Source of the DNA: an uncultured Bacillota bacterium
GTDB lineage: Bacteria > Bacillota > DTU025 > MWDF01
Direction of reading: 5' to 3'
Assembly: GCA_963823655.1 (NCBI GenBank)
Contig: CAWGMK010000010.1
Coordinates: 425,755-457,754 of the forward strand
DNA length: 32,000 nucleotides
A model generated the notes under the pieces. The model was not told the origin of the DNA and did no database searches. It saw nothing but the letters and a program-made list of their open reading frames with translations. The position numbers and the translations under genes were made by a program. This document shows, piece by piece, positions 1-9,782 of the stretch. Within the stretch, counting starts at the first letter, position 1. The number at the start of each line of letters is the position of its first letter.

Positions 1-1967
1 AGGCCAACACGACTTACTACTACAGGGCTGTGGCCATGGACATCGCCGGCAATACGACGGCGTCCCAGGTCATGAGCTTCCAGACGAGCGCGCCTGTGCC
101 GACGGATACGACGGCGCCGGCAGGTACGATCGTGATAAACGACGGCACCAACTACACAAGGTCCAGGTACGTCTACTTGAACCTCTCGGCGAATGACAAC
201 ATCACACAGCAGGCCCAGTTGCAGTTTAGAATCGGCGAGGGAGCCAACAGCGTCAACATCAGCTGGGGCAGCTGGCAGCAGTACACATCAAGGGCATCTT
301 ATGCGATGACTGCAGGTGACGGCCAGAAGAACATATGGATCACCTACAGGGATGCGGCCGGCAACATCTCTCAGCCTGCCGTAGACTCGATAGTCCTCGA
401 TACTAGAGCGCCTTCCATAACGAACCTGACGGCGGGCAACATTAGCCAGAGCTCGGCGGTGGTGAGCTTCAATACCAGCGAGCCGGCCTATGCAAGCGTC
501 GAATACGGCACGTCCTCATTCTCCCTGAGCCTGGTATCCGGAGAGGGCGACGTGAGGTCCGCATCGATAAGCTCAGTTGAGCCCAGCTCGGTCATAATCA
601 CGCCGAACCCGCCGGCAACAAGGCCCGGGATGACGAGCTTCAGCGTGAACCTCACAGGGCTCAATGCGAATACTACTTACTACTACAGGGCCGTTGCGAT
701 GGATATCGCGGGCAACACCACGGCATCCCAGGTAATGAACTTCAGGACGGGTGCACCCGTGCCTACCGACAGTACGGCGCCAACGGGTTCGATAAGCATC
801 AACGACGGTACAAGGTACACAAGGTCCAGGTACGTCTACTTGAACCTGCTCGCACAGGACAACATGACGCAGCAGGCTGCGCTTCAGTACAGGGTGGGCG
901 AGGGGACCAACAGCTCCAACATCGGATGGGGCAGCTGGCAGCAGTTCTCGGCCAAAGTCGCGTTCACAATGTCCGCGACCAACGGCCAGAAGAACGTGTG
1001 GGTAAGCTACATGGATGCTGCCGGTAACACTTCCCAGCCTTACGTGGCGTCGATAATCCTGGACACCATAGCCCCTTCGATAAGCAACCTGACGGCAAGC
1101 GCCATAACGCAGTCATCGGCGACGATCAGCTGGAACACGAACGAACCCACGCTCGGCAGCGTAGAGTTCGGGAGCAGCCCGTCATCGCTCAATTCGGTAT
1201 CGGGAGATGCAAGCGTAAGGTCCGCTGCTGTAAGCTCAGTACAGCCCAGCACAGTGATAATTACGCCTCAGACAATCTCCTCGAAGACGGGCAATACGTC
1301 TTTCAGCCTCAATATCACAGGGCTTACGGCGAATACTACGTACTACTACAAGGCCGTTGCAATGGACCTTGCAGGAAACGCCACGGCATCGCAGACGGCA
1401 AGCTTCAGGACCTCGTCGATATCGGCGCCCCCTGTTGTGACCCCGCCTGTCATCACGCCTCCAGTCGTAGTACCGCCCATAGTGCAGCCGCCTGTGGTAA
1501 CGCCTCCCGTAGTAGTGCCGGGTTCGCCTACGGCTCTGATTAACCTCGCGGGCAAGTCGCAAGGGGCGAAGGCGGACTCCAACGCATGGAACAGCGGCAA
1601 TGTAGCGAGCATGGCGAACGACGAGAGCGCATCCTCCTTCTGGGAATCCGGCTCGACCCCTGATGATTCAGGTTCCGAGAGGCTAATCATTAATTTCGGC
1701 AAGTCCGTCACATTGAATACGGTAATACTGAAAGTCTCAGCCGCTGGCTATCCGAAGGCCTTCCGCCTGATGGCAGTCCTGAACAACAAGTGGACCCAGG
1801 TGGCCGAATTCAAGGACGGCAAGGTCAAGGGCAACACCAACGCACTCGAATTGCTCACGTTGAGCTTCAATGCGATAACGACCACATCCATAAGAATTGA
1901 GTTCCTCGATGTGGTGAAGAAGGGCGATCTGGTAAGGATATACGAAATAGAAGCATATAAGAAGTAA
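1..1967 (+). CDS. Surface/secreted repeat protein, 5'-truncated by the window edge: tandem ~221-aa FN3-like modules, Pro/Val-rich linker, C-terminal discoidin (F5/8 type C)-like domain
   Basis: Frame 3 is open from the window edge (nt 3: ANTTYYYRAVAMD...) to TAA at 1965-1967. The motif ANTTYYY(R/K)AVAMD(I/L)AGN(T/A)TASQ recurs at nt ~3, ~666 and ~1329. Linker PPVVTPPVITPPVVVPPIVQPPVVTPPVVVP lies at nt ~1428-1520. The C-terminus (...SSFWESG...IRIEFLD...VRIYEIEAYKK) resembles discoidin-type carbohydrate-binding domains. Domain names come from memory of family motifs only. Confidence 0.75.
   Translation, partial: ANTTYYYRAVAMDIAGNTTASQVMSFQTSAPVPTDTTAPAGTIVINDGTNYTRSRYVYLNLSANDNITQQAQLQFRIGEGANSVNISWGSWQQYTSRASYAMTAGDGQKNIWITYRDAAGNISQPAVDSIVLDTRAPSITNLTAGNISQSSAVVSFNTSEPAYASVEYGTSSFSLSLVSGEGDVRSASISSVEPSSVIITPNPPATRPGMTSFSVNLTGLNANTTYYYRAVAMDIAGNTTASQVMNFRTGAPVPTDSTAPTGSISINDGTRYTRSRYVYLNLLAQDNMTQQAALQYRVGEGTNSSNIGWGSWQQFSAKVAFTMSATNGQKNVWVSYMDAAGNTSQPYVASIILDTIAPSISNLTASAITQSSATISWNTNEPTLGSVEFGSSPSSLNSVSGDASVRSAAVSSVQPSTVIITPQTISSKTGNTSFSLNITGLTANTTYYYKAVAMDLAGNATASQTASFRTSSISAPPVVTPPVITPPVVVPPIVQPPVVTPPVVVPGSPTALINLAGKSQGAKADSNAWNSGNVASMANDESASSFWESGSTPDDSGSERLIINFGKSVTLNTVILKVSAAGYPKAFRLMAVLNNKWTQVAEFKDGKVKGNTNALELLTLSFNAITTTSIRIEFLDVVKKGDLVRIYEIEAYKK
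3..1420 (+). repeat. Intragenic tandem repeat, period 663 nt (221 codons): two full copies plus the start of a third
   Basis: gccaacacgacttactactacagggc at nt 3 aligns with gcgaatactacttactactacagggc at nt 666 and gcgaatactacgtactactacaaggc at nt 1329 (offsets 663 and 663). The translated copies align along their whole length. They are diverged, roughly three quarters identical by eye. Confidence 0.85.
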
Positions 1968-1985
1968 CTGTATAGACTATGAATG

Positions 1986-2026
1986 GCGCCGCGGGGCGGG
2001 AAGCCGTCCCGCGGCGCGTTCCTTTG
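1986..2026 (+). terminator. GC-rich hairpin after the surface-protein gene (putative intrinsic terminator, weak U-tract)
   Basis: nt 1986-1999 (gcgccgcggggcgg) pairs with 2004-2017 (ccgtcccgcggcgc): 14 bp including one G-U, loop gaag. It is followed by gttcctttgg and starts 19 nt after the stop codon. Confidence 0.55.
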
Positions 2027-2037
2027 GAGGGTTTACA

Positions 2038-3209
2038 TTGGGAGTCATAAAACTTCAAAATGGCAGGGACAAAAGGGTCAGGGCGGGGCATCTCTGGATA
2101 TTCGACGGTGAGATCGAATTCTATAAAGGACGCCCTTCCGGGAGACATCGCCGAAGTTGTCGGCAGCCACGGAACATTCCTGGGCAAGGCGATGATCAGC
2201 GGATCATCGAGCCTGAAAGCGCGCATGATGACGAAGCTCAACGTCGATGTCGACGACGCTTTCTATATGAGGGCGCTAAAAAGCTGCATCGCGCACAGGA
2301 AGGCCGTGGCAGGGGGCGCATCCTGCTACAGGGCGGTCAACAGCGAAGGGGACATGCTTCCCGGCCTTATAGTGGACGTATATGAGGACGTATTCGTGCT
2401 TCAGGCGACGACTCTGGGAATGGACATGAGGAAGGCCAAGCTTTCGAGGATGCTTTCGGAGCTTTTGGGGCTAAAGAAGGCCTATGAGCGCAGCGACATG
2501 CCGATTTGCAGGTACGAGGGCCTTGAGCCGGTCGCAGGTTTCATATCCGAGCCTTTCGACACGAAAGTCAGGATGCACGAAAACGGCATCATGATGGACA
2601 TTGATGTGGCGACCGGGCAGAAGACGGGCTATTATCTCGACCAGAGGGAGAACAGGCTCGCCGCCTCCCAGTACACAAACGGCGGGGATGTGCTCGACGC
2701 CTTCTGCTACAACGGAAGCTTCGGCCTTTTAGCGGGGCTTAAAGGGCGCAAGAAGCGTACACTTCCTGGACATGAGCGAGCCGGCCGTCGAACAGGCCAA
2801 GGCCAATGCCGCCTTAAACGGGCTTGAGGGGATAAGCAGCTTCAAGGCCGCGAATGCCTTCGACGAGCTCAACCACCTCGTCAAGGAGGGCGCCTCATAC
2901 GACCTGGTCATGCTGGATCCGCCTCCTTTCACCAGGAACAAGGAGGCCATCGAAGGGGCGATACGAGGCTACAAGGAGATCAACCTCAGAGGCATGAAGC
3001 TGACAAAGCCAGGAGGCTACCTTGTGACTTCGAGCTGCTCGCAGCACATAGGCATCGAGCTTTTCAAGGAAGTCATCGCCATGGCGGCGGCGGACGCCGG
3101 AAGGTATCTCCAGCTTGTAGAGTCAAGATCGCAGGCGAGGGATCATACGGTACTGCTTTCGATGACGGAGACCGACTATCTGAAGTGCCTGATATTCAGA
3201 GTAATTTAA
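2038..3209 (+). CDS. rlmI: RlmI/YwbD-type PUA-domain class I SAM-dependent rRNA methyltransferase; reading frame broken twice as assembled
   Basis: TTG start at 2038 with ggaggg 7 nt upstream. The N-terminus VIKLQNGRDKRVRAGHLWIFDGEIE is in frame 1. It continues as SIKDALPGDIAEVVGSHGTFLGKAMIS...VLDAFCYNGSFGLLAGLKG in frame 2 (ORF 2060..2827), then as ARSVHFLDMSEPAVEQAKANAALNGL...DLVMLDPPPFTRNK...GGYLVTSSCS in frame 3 (ORF 2772..3209). Removing one base near 2119-2120 (tt) and one in aaaggg (2741-2746) gives 389 aa, which I recall as typical for the family. Confidence 0.8.
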
Positions 3210-3244
3210 ATGGGAGGCAGCCCTTCCATTATCGAGCCGCTATA

Positions 3245-3253
3245 TGTTATAAT
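3245..3253 (+). promoter_or_regulatory. Candidate extended -10 promoter (TGtTATAAT) upstream of rpmE
   Basis: tgttataat at 3245-3253, about 55 nt upstream of the rpmE ATG. The -35 region (tccatt, 3225-3230) is weak. Pattern match only. Confidence 0.4.
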
Positions 3254-3307
3254 CCTTCTTGCTTTATGTCGAAGAGATAACTCCTTCTCTTTGTGGAGGT
3301 GTACAGA

Positions 3308-3505
3308 ATGAAGGAAAAGATACATCCAAAGTACAAGTTAACCAAGGTTACTTGCGCTTGTGGGGAGACTTTCGAGGTAGGATCAACAGCCGAAAACCTC
3401 AGAGTCGAGATCTGCTCCAAGTGCCACCCGTTCACTACCGGCGTCCAGAGAATAGTAGACACCGGCGGCAGGGTGGAGAAGTTCCGCAAAAAGCATAACC
3501 TTTAG
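3308..3505 (+). CDS. rpmE: 50S ribosomal protein L31
   Basis: [45 protein letters not shown]...: the KIHPKY start and C-x-C...C-x2-C-H-P-F Zn motif are typical of L31. ATG at 3308 is preceded by ggaggtg (3295-3301). The track ORF's upstream GTG at 3293 is less likely. Confidence 0.93.
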   Translation: MKEKIHPKYKLTKVTCACGETFEVGSTAENLRVEICSKCHPFTTGVQRIVDTGGRVEKFRKKHNL

Positions 3506-3555
3506 CAGTCCGGGCGGAGCCGAAGCTCTGCTTCAGCTTTGCCCAGATCGCGAAT

Positions 3556-3599
3556 ATGTCGGAGCCTTGCTATATGCTAAGGCTCCGACATTATTTTAT
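3556..3599 (+). terminator. Rho-independent terminator after rpmE
   Basis: Perfect 13-bp inverted repeat atgtcggagcctt (3556-3568) / aaggctccgacat (3579-3591), 10-nt loop, then tattttat. Confidence 0.75.
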
Positions 3600-3636
3600 A
3601 ATGAGTTGGACAAGCTTTATTTGGGGGTTGTTTCTG

Positions 3637-4224
3637 ATGGATATGAGAGGAAACCATCCGGGCGGCTGGATAGAGGTCATCTGCGGCTCCATGTTCTCCG
3701 GCAAGAGCGAGGAGCTCATCAGGCGGGTGAAGCGGGCGCGGATAGCAAAGCAGAAGGTGGTTGTCCTCAAACATTCCATAGACGACAGGTTCTCTTCCAA
3801 GGAAGTCGTCTCCCACGACGGCGACAAGCTTGAAAGCATCCCGGTTGCCAACTCAAAGGACATATTCTCCATAGTCCCGCTCGGGACGCATGTAGTGGCA
3901 ATAGACGAGGCCCAGTTTTTTGACGAGGGCCTGGTGGGAATCTGCGATACATTGGCCGCCAACGGCGTTAGGGTAATAGTGGCGGGCCTTGATACCAACT
4001 TCAGAGGAGATCCATTCGGCCCCATGCCGATGCTTTTGGCGCTTGCGGAGGACGTCAGCAAGCTTAACGCCATCTGCATGAAATGCGGAGCCCCGGCGTC
4101 GAGGACGCAGAGGCTGGTAAACGGCAAGCCCGCCAAATACGACGATCCGGTCGTAATGATCGGGGCCAGCGAGTCCTACGAAGCCAGATGCCGGAGGTGC
4201 CACGAGGTCCCCGGCAGACCATAA
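3637..4224 (+). CDS. tdk: Thymidine kinase
   Basis: P-loop [36 protein letters not shown], and Zn-lasso cysteines CMKCG...CRRCH. Start chosen at ATG 3637 ([14 protein letters not shown]). The longer track ORF (3556) would begin inside the rpmE terminator hairpin. Confidence 0.9.
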   Translation: MDMRGNHPGGWIEVICGSMFSGKSEELIRRVKRARIAKQKVVVLKHSIDDRFSSKEVVSHDGDKLESIPVANSKDIFSIVPLGTHVVAIDEAQFFDEGLVGICDTLAANGVRVIVAGLDTNFRGDPFGPMPMLLALAEDVSKLNAICMKCGAPASRTQRLVNGKPAKYDDPVVMIGASESYEARCRRCHEVPGRP

Positions 4225-4243
4225 TCCCATGTGAGGTGTATTT

Positions 4244-5149
4244 ATGAGCGAGAAACACAGCTACGGCGGCCAGGCGGTGCTCGAGGGCGTCATGATGAGA
4301 GGGCGCAAGGGCATAGCGGTGGCCGTAAGGAAGCCTGACGGTCAGATAAGCATGTACAAGAAGCTGATGAAAGAGGACAAGAAGCCGGCGCTGTTCAAGA
4401 TGCCCGTAATCAGGGGAGTTGTGAACTTCGTCGAGACGCTGGTAATCGGCATGGACGCGCTCATGTTCTCAGCGAACGAGGCGACAGGACAGGACGAGAA
4501 GCTTACAAGCTGGGAAGTGGCGCTGACCTTACTAGCGTCTTTCGGACTCTTTGTGGGCCTTTTCATTGTTCTTCCCAATGTCCTCGTGTCCATCATATCG
4601 AGGTATTTCGCAAGCATTTTCGTCATCAACCTTATAGAAGGCGCGCTCAGGCTCGCGATATTCGGCCTCTACCTGTACGGGATATCCTACATGAAGGACA
4701 TAAAGAGGCTCTTCGCATACCATGGGGCGGAGCATAAAGTCATAGCCGCCTATGAAGCTGATGAACCTCTGGACACAGCGCACATCCAGGCCCATACGAC
4801 GATGCATACCAGATGCGGCACCAACTTCCTTCTCATAGTCATGTTCGTTTCGATACTGATTTACTCGGTGCTGGGCAGGCAGACGATACTCGCCCGCATC
4901 GCGACAAGGATAGTATTGCTGCCCGTAATCGCAGGCCTTGCCTATGAGCTGTTCAAGCTGGCCGCCAAAAAGCGCGACAGCGCAATACTAAGGGCCGTCT
5001 CGTACCCCGGCTTGCAGCTGCAGAAGCTTACGACCAAGCAGCCGGACAACGATATGGTGGAAGTGGCGCTTGCGGCGTTCAAAGGAGCACTTGAGATGGA
5101 CGGGGAGCCTGTGCCTGCGATTGAGGCCGGCACGGTTCAGGAAGGATAA
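4244..5149 (+). CDS. DUF1385-family membrane protein (YqhQ-like), commonly found next to prfA/prmC
   Basis: N-terminus [14 protein letters not shown], motif YHGAEHKVI, and several hydrophobic segments. The position between tdk and prfA matches recalled synteny. Confidence 0.7.
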   Translation: MSEKHSYGGQAVLEGVMMRGRKGIAVAVRKPDGQISMYKKLMKEDKKPALFKMPVIRGVVNFVETLVIGMDALMFSANEATGQDEKLTSWEVALTLLASFGLFVGLFIVLPNVLVSIISRYFASIFVINLIEGALRLAIFGLYLYGISYMKDIKRLFAYHGAEHKVIAAYEADEPLDTAHIQAHTTMHTRCGTNFLLIVMFVSILIYSVLGRQTILARIATRIVLLPVIAGLAYELFKLAAKKRDSAILRAVSYPGLQLQKLTTKQPDNDMVEVALAAFKGALEMDGEPVPAIEAGTVQEG

Positions 5150-5157
5150 ATTTCCAA

Positions 5158-6225
5158 ATGGTTGAGAAGCTCTTAGACGTCGAGAAGAGATATGAGGAGC
5201 TAGAAAGAAGCCTCTCCTCACCCGATGTCGTATCCGACATGGATCAATTCAGGAAGCTCTCGAAGGCCCATTCGTCCCTGACTCCGATAGTGGAGAACTT
5301 CAGGGAGCTCAGGACGGTCGAGGAGCAGCTTGCAGGCGCAAATGATATGCTCTGGCACGAGGATGACCCCGAGCTTAAGCAGATGGCCTCGGAGGAAGTA
5401 AGCTCCCTGCAAAAAAGGCAGGAGCAGCTCAACGACAAGCTTAAGCTGCTGCTTCTCCCCAAGGACCCACTCGATGAGAAGAACGTAATCCTCGAGATTA
5501 GGGCGGGAACCGGCGGCGAGGAGGCGGCCCTTTTCGGAGGGGACCTGCTTCGCATGTACGGCAGGTACGCCGAGCGCAGAGGATGGGCACTTGAGCCCAT
5601 GAGCATGTCAGAAACGGGCCTGGGAGGCTTTAAAGAGGCCATCGTGATGATCTCGGGCGACCAGGTTTACTCGCGCCTGAAGTTCGAATCAGGGGCCCAC
5701 AGGGTGCAGCGCATCCCTGAGACCGAGGCGCAGGGCAGGATACACACATCCGCCGCCACGGTAGCTGTCATGCCAGAAGCAGAGGAAGTGGACGTTGAGA
5801 TCAACCCGAACGATCTTAGAGTCGACGTCTTCAGAGCAGGCGGGCACGGCGGCCAGGGCGTAAACATGACGGACTCAGCCGTAAGGATTACCCATATGCC
5901 TTCAGGGCTGGTAGTACAGTGCCAGGACGAAAGGTCGCAGCTTAAGAACAAGGAGAAGGCGATGAAGGTGCTTCGCTCAAGGCTGCTGGAAAAGACCATA
6001 GAGGAGCAGCAGTCGAAGTACTCGCAGCAGAGGAAGAGCCTTGTCGGAAGCGGCGACAGGTCCGAGCGCATAAGGACATACAATTTCCCGCAAAACCGCA
6101 TGACGGACCACAGGATAGGCCTTACGCTGCATAAGCTGGATATGATAGTCGACGGCGACCTTGACGAGATAATTGACGCGCTGATACTCAAGGAACAGAG
6201 CGAAAGGCTAAAGAAGGATGAGTAG
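5158..6225 (+). CDS. prfA: Peptide chain release factor 1
   Basis: GGQ motif ([25 protein letters not shown]) and RF1-type tripeptide region [23 protein letters not shown]. Length 355 aa. Confidence 0.93.
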   Translation: MVEKLLDVEKRYEELERSLSSPDVVSDMDQFRKLSKAHSSLTPIVENFRELRTVEEQLAGANDMLWHEDDPELKQMASEEVSSLQKRQEQLNDKLKLLLLPKDPLDEKNVILEIRAGTGGEEAALFGGDLLRMYGRYAERRGWALEPMSMSETGLGGFKEAIVMISGDQVYSRLKFESGAHRVQRIPETEAQGRIHTSAATVAVMPEAEEVDVEINPNDLRVDVFRAGGHGGQGVNMTDSAVRITHMPSGLVVQCQDERSQLKNKEKAMKVLRSRLLEKTIEEQQSKYSQQRKSLVGSGDRSERIRTYNFPQNRMTDHRIGLTLHKLDMIVDGDLDEIIDALILKEQSERLKKDE

Positions 6226-7090
6226 GCAGGATGGAGGGCACACTGTGCTCGACCTCCTGAACAAATCGGCGGGCTACCTCGCCCAGAAGGGGTCACCCTC
6301 GCCAAGGCTTGATGCAGAGCTCCTGCTTGCCAACGTATTGGGCTGCAGCAGGATATCCTTGTATGTAGGATTCGACAAGCCCCTTGGCGAAGATGAAGTG
6401 AACTCTTACCGGCAGCTTGTAATGCGCAGGGGACGCAGGGAGCCGGTAGCCTATATAATCGGCAAGAAGGAATTCATGGGGCGCGATTTCGCAGTCCAAG
6501 CCGGGGCCCTGGTCCCAAGGCCTGAGACCGAGCTGATGGCGGAGCGCGGCATTGAGGCTATACGCAGCGCAGATGAGCCTCTGGCGGCCGAGCTGTGCTG
6601 CGGAAGCGGGGCGGCTGGCATATGCCTTGCCCTGGCCCGCAAGGAGTGCAGGCTGCTGCTGACCGACATCTCGGACGAATGCCTCTCGGTGGCAAGGGCG
6701 AATGTCGAGGCCCACAAGCTGTCCGACAGGGCAGAAGTATTGAAAAGTGACCTTTTTGAATCGTGGCCGGCCCATTATGCAGGGCAATTTTCGGTGATCA
6801 TCGCAAACCCGCCGTATATACCCTCGGCGGAGATAGACGGCCTGGAGCCCGAAGTGTCGCTGCATGAGCCAAGGCTGGCCCTGGACGGCGGCCCCGACGG
6901 GCTGGACCTTTACAGAAGGATAGCCCGGGAAGCTTCGCATTGGCTCAAGGCACAGGGCGTGCTTGTGCTGGAAGTCGGGCACGATCAGTCTCGCGACGTC
7001 GGTAAGCTCCTGGTTGATGCCGGTTTAAAGGATGTACGCTACCACAAGGACCTTCAGGATTATGAGAGGGTAGTCGAGGCTATCGCTTAA
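6218..7090 (+). CDS. prmC: Release factor glutamine N5-methyltransferase PrmC/HemK
   Basis: NPPY motif ([14 protein letters not shown]), SAM-binding [18 protein letters not shown]. It overlaps the prfA stop by 8 nt. The start is uncertain: ATG 6218 or GTG 6245. Confidence 0.88.
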   Translation: MSRQDGGHTVLDLLNKSAGYLAQKGSPSPRLDAELLLANVLGCSRISLYVGFDKPLGEDEVNSYRQLVMRRGRREPVAYIIGKKEFMGRDFAVQAGALVPRPETELMAERGIEAIRSADEPLAAELCCGSGAAGICLALARKECRLLLTDISDECLSVARANVEAHKLSDRAEVLKSDLFESWPAHYAGQFSVIIANPPYIPSAEIDGLEPEVSLHEPRLALDGGPDGLDLYRRIAREASHWLKAQGVLVLEVGHDQSRDVGKLLVDAGLKDVRYHKDLQDYERVVEAIA

Positions 7091-7102
7091 GGGGGGCTTC
7101 CT

Positions 7103-8200
7103 ATGAACACCGTGTTTGTGAACATGGCGTCGGGCATCAAGGAAGAATACATAGCGAAAGCGGCCGAGATCATAAGATCCGGAGGGCTCGTAGCATTCCC
7201 CACGGAGACAGTGTACGGTCTGGGAGCCAGCGGCTTCGACCCGCAGGCGGTGGCCAAGATCTTCAAGGCGAAGGGCAGGCCGCAGGACAATCCGCTCATC
7301 TTGCACATATCCAAGCTGGACGACCTTTTTGAGCTGGCCAGCGAAGTGCCGCCGGAGGCGATCAAGCTTGCCAACTTGTTCTGGCCGGGCCCGTTGACCA
7401 TGGTGCTCAAGAAGAAGCCGATAGTGCCCGACACCGTAACCGCGGGCCTTCAGACCGTGGCCATACGCATGCCCGCGAACGACATCGCATTGAGGCTCAT
7501 AGAAGCCTCCGGTGTGCCCATCGCCGCCCCCAGCGCCAACGTCTCAGGAAGGCCCAGCCCCACATCGGCGGAGCATGTCATGAGCGACCTGTCAGGAGTA
7601 ATTGACATGGTAATCGACGGGGGGCCGACGAGAATAGGCGTAGAATCCACAGTGCTGGACATAAGCGACGCCACGCCGGTGCTCTTAAGGCCGGGAGGGT
7701 TGGGGCTTGAGGATTTAAAACTTGTCCTTCCCGATATCGAGATGGGAATGGACAATCCGGACGGGCCTGCGAAATCGCCGGGGCTCAGGCACAAGCACTA
7801 TGCGCCCAAAGCGCCCCTGTTTCTTTATAAAGGCCCGGTCGACGAGCAGATAGCCACAATCAGCCAGGAGATGGTCTCGCTCGCTAGAAACGGCAGCAGG
7901 GTGGGCGTTTTGGCGGCGGCTGGCGAACTGGAGGCCATAAGGAAGAGCGCGCGACTTGCCGGCCTTTCGGCAAACGACGCCCCGTGCGGCGAATCGGACA
8001 TCGTGTATGCGGCAACGGGCAGGCGGGATCGGATGTATGAGATCGCCTCATCGCTTTTCGCATGCCTCAGGCAGCTTGATGCCTCGGACGTGTCAATTAT
8101 TCTGGCGACATCATATATTGAAGAAGGGCTCGGTTACGCGGTCATGAACCGGCTGGTGCGCGCAAGCGACGGCAGGGTCCTAATGGTTGAGGAAAGATGA
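7103..8200 (+). CDS. tsaC: L-threonylcarbamoyladenylate synthase, long Sua5/YwlC form (t6A synthesis)
   Basis: [42 protein letters not shown], plus a ~150-aa C-terminal extension consistent with a Sua5 domain. Confidence 0.88.
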   Translation: MNTVFVNMASGIKEEYIAKAAEIIRSGGLVAFPTETVYGLGASGFDPQAVAKIFKAKGRPQDNPLILHISKLDDLFELASEVPPEAIKLANLFWPGPLTMVLKKKPIVPDTVTAGLQTVAIRMPANDIALRLIEASGVPIAAPSANVSGRPSPTSAEHVMSDLSGVIDMVIDGGPTRIGVESTVLDISDATPVLLRPGGLGLEDLKLVLPDIEMGMDNPDGPAKSPGLRHKHYAPKAPLFLYKGPVDEQIATISQEMVSLARNGSRVGVLAAAGELEAIRKSARLAGLSANDAPCGESDIVYAATGRRDRMYEIASSLFACLRQLDASDVSIILATSYIEEGLGYAVMNRLVRASDGRVLMVEER

Positions 8201-8216
8201 TTTCGGAGGTGCTCGG

Positions 8217-9302
8217 ATGAATATTTCTATAGGTTGCGACCATGCCGGCATTGAGCTGAAGACGGCGCTTATCGGAAGGATCGCCTCACTGGGGCATACT
8301 GTCCGCGACAGGGGGACTCATGCTACCACTTCGGTGGACTACCCGGATTTCGCTTCCATAGTCTGTGCGGACGTGGCATCGGGCCAGTCTGACAGGGGCG
8401 TGCTCATATGCGGCACGGGCATCGGGATGTCGATGGCCGCCAACAAGATAAAAGGCATAAGGGCGGCGCTCGTATACGATATGGACACCGCGCGCCTGTC
8501 AAGGGCTCATAACGACGCCAATGTGCTCTGCCTGGGCGCCAGGACCCCTAGCGCAGCCATTGCGCCTGAGATACTGGAGCTGTGGCTTGCCACAGCTTTT
8601 GACGACGGCAGGCACAGCCGCAGGGTATGCAAGATAGATGCGCTGGCCATTGCCAGAGAGGGCTGGGAGGGGCTCAATAACGTACATGTGATCAACCACC
8701 CTCTCATACAGCACAAGCTGTCGCTCATAAGGCAGAAGCAGACCGAGCCGCGCCATTTCAGGGACCTGGTTTCGGAGATCGCAAAGCTCATGGCATACGA
8801 AGTCACAAGGGATGTACCGCTTGCGGAAATCGAGATCGAGACGCCGATCTGCTCCGCCAAGGGCAAGGTCATGGCCGGCAAGCACTTCGGCATCGTTGCA
8901 ATATTAAGAGCAGGCCTTGCGATGGCAGAATCAATACTCGAGATAATGCCCGGCGCAAGGATGGGCCATATCGGCCTCTACAGGGATCCCTGCACGCTAA
9001 AGCCCGTGCAGTACTACTCGAAGCTTCCCCAGGACACAGCAGACCGGAGCATGATACTAGTCGACCCCATGCTTGCGACCGGAGGCACGATAATAAAGGG
9101 CATCGACCTGCTCAAGCAGGCAGGCGCCAAGGGTATCAAGGTGGTCAGCATCGTCTCCGCCCCTATCGGGATCAGGAACATCGTCCAGGCCCATCCGGAT
9201 GTGGAGATCTTCGTGGCTTCAGTCGACGAGAAGCTAAACGACCACGGCTACATAGTCCCCGGGCTGGGGGATGCGGGCGACAGGCTTTACGGCACCAAGT
9301 AA
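8217..9302 (+). CDS. In-frame fusion of ribose-5-phosphate isomerase B (N-terminal ~145 aa) and uracil phosphoribosyltransferase (C-terminal ~210 aa)
   Basis: RpiB part: [15 protein letters not shown]...[24 protein letters not shown]...[12 protein letters not shown]. Upp part: [17 protein letters not shown]...[10 protein letters not shown]...[15 protein letters not shown]...[11 protein letters not shown]...[17 protein letters not shown]. No stop codon or ATG lies between them (junction ...[20 protein letters not shown], nt ~8650-8700). ATG 8217 is preceded by ggaggtg. Confidence 0.8.
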   Translation: MNISIGCDHAGIELKTALIGRIASLGHTVRDRGTHATTSVDYPDFASIVCADVASGQSDRGVLICGTGIGMSMAANKIKGIRAALVYDMDTARLSRAHNDANVLCLGARTPSAAIAPEILELWLATAFDDGRHSRRVCKIDALAIAREGWEGLNNVHVINHPLIQHKLSLIRQKQTEPRHFRDLVSEIAKLMAYEVTRDVPLAEIEIETPICSAKGKVMAGKHFGIVAILRAGLAMAESILEIMPGARMGHIGLYRDPCTLKPVQYYSKLPQDTADRSMILVDPMLATGGTIIKGIDLLKQAGAKGIKVVSIVSAPIGIRNIVQAHPDVEIFVASVDEKLNDHGYIVPGLGDAGDRLYGTK

Positions 9303-9305
9303 GGG

Positions 9306-9782
9306 GTGGACAGGATGGTCGACAGGCCCAGCTGGGACAGATACTTCATGGATATAGCGGTGATGGTCGCGACTAGGTCCACCTGCATGAGAAGAAGCGT
9401 AGGTGCCATCGCTGTGAACAACAGGCGGATACTCGCCACAGGCTACAATGGCACGCCAAAGGGGCTCAGGCATTGCACCGAAGTGGGCTGCATAAGGCAG
9501 GAGCTGGGCATACCGTCGGGCCAGAGGCACGAGCTTTGCCGCGGCCTGCATGCGGAGCAGAACTGCATAATACAAGCGGCGGTCCACGGAGTGCAGCTGG
9601 ACGGCTCGACCATATACTGTACTTTCCAACCCTGCGCAGTGTGCGCCAAGATGCTCATAAACGCCGGCATATCGGAGGTCGTCTACGAGGGGGGTTACCC
9701 CGACGAGATGGCTGTGTCGATGCTTAATGAGGCGGGGGTAAAGCTAAGAAGGCTAGAGCCGGAAGCGGAGGTTGGCGGCTGA
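9306..9782 (+). CDS. dCMP (deoxycytidylate) deaminase, ComEB-like
   Basis: Zinc-binding CMP/dCMP deaminase motifs HAEQNCI and [15 protein letters not shown]-terminus [12 protein letters not shown]. Start is GTG 9306 or ATG 9315. Confidence 0.88.
   Translation: MDRMVDRPSWDRYFMDIAVMVATRSTCMRRSVGAIAVNNRRILATGYNGTPKGLRHCTEVGCIRQELGIPSGQRHELCRGLHAEQNCIIQAAVHGVQLDGSTIYCTFQPCAVCAKMLINAGISEVVYEGGYPDEMAVSMLNEAGVKLRRLEPEAEVGG

Noticed and set aside
1236-1562. Arg/Tyr/His-rich 108-aa minus-strand ORF
   Set aside because: It is the antisense translation of the Pro/Val-rich linker and repeat region of the surface-protein gene, a compositional artefact.
2038-2385. 115-aa ORF (and the ATG at 2060) as independent small genes
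   Set aside because: Only the first ~27 codons of 2038..2385 look protein-like (RlmI N-terminus); the rest is Arg-rich out-of-frame sequence. The ATG at 2060 lies inside that N-terminus in another frame. Both are fragments of one rlmI-like gene.
3556-3636. N-terminal extension of the tdk ORF (track start 3556)
   Set aside because: The extension would begin inside the rpmE terminator hairpin and adds non-conserved residues. ATG 3637, with a G-rich RBS, gives a family-typical N-terminus just before the P-loop.
5716-5724. RF1 tripeptide reads P-E-T instead of the more familiar P-A-T/P-V-T
   Set aside because: The middle position of the P-x-T motif is variable in RF1 proteins as far as I recall. 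TAA, TAG and TGA all terminate genes in this window, so nothing suggests altered stop-codon usage.
8686-8691. rpiB and upp as separate, translationally coupled genes via a GTGA overlap
   Set aside because: The TGA is in a different frame from rpiB as assembled, and the in-frame residues upstream of GTG (NNVHV) resemble the Upp N-terminal strand. The sequence as given therefore encodes a fusion. Kept as a caveat in the fusion finding because a single indel could create this.
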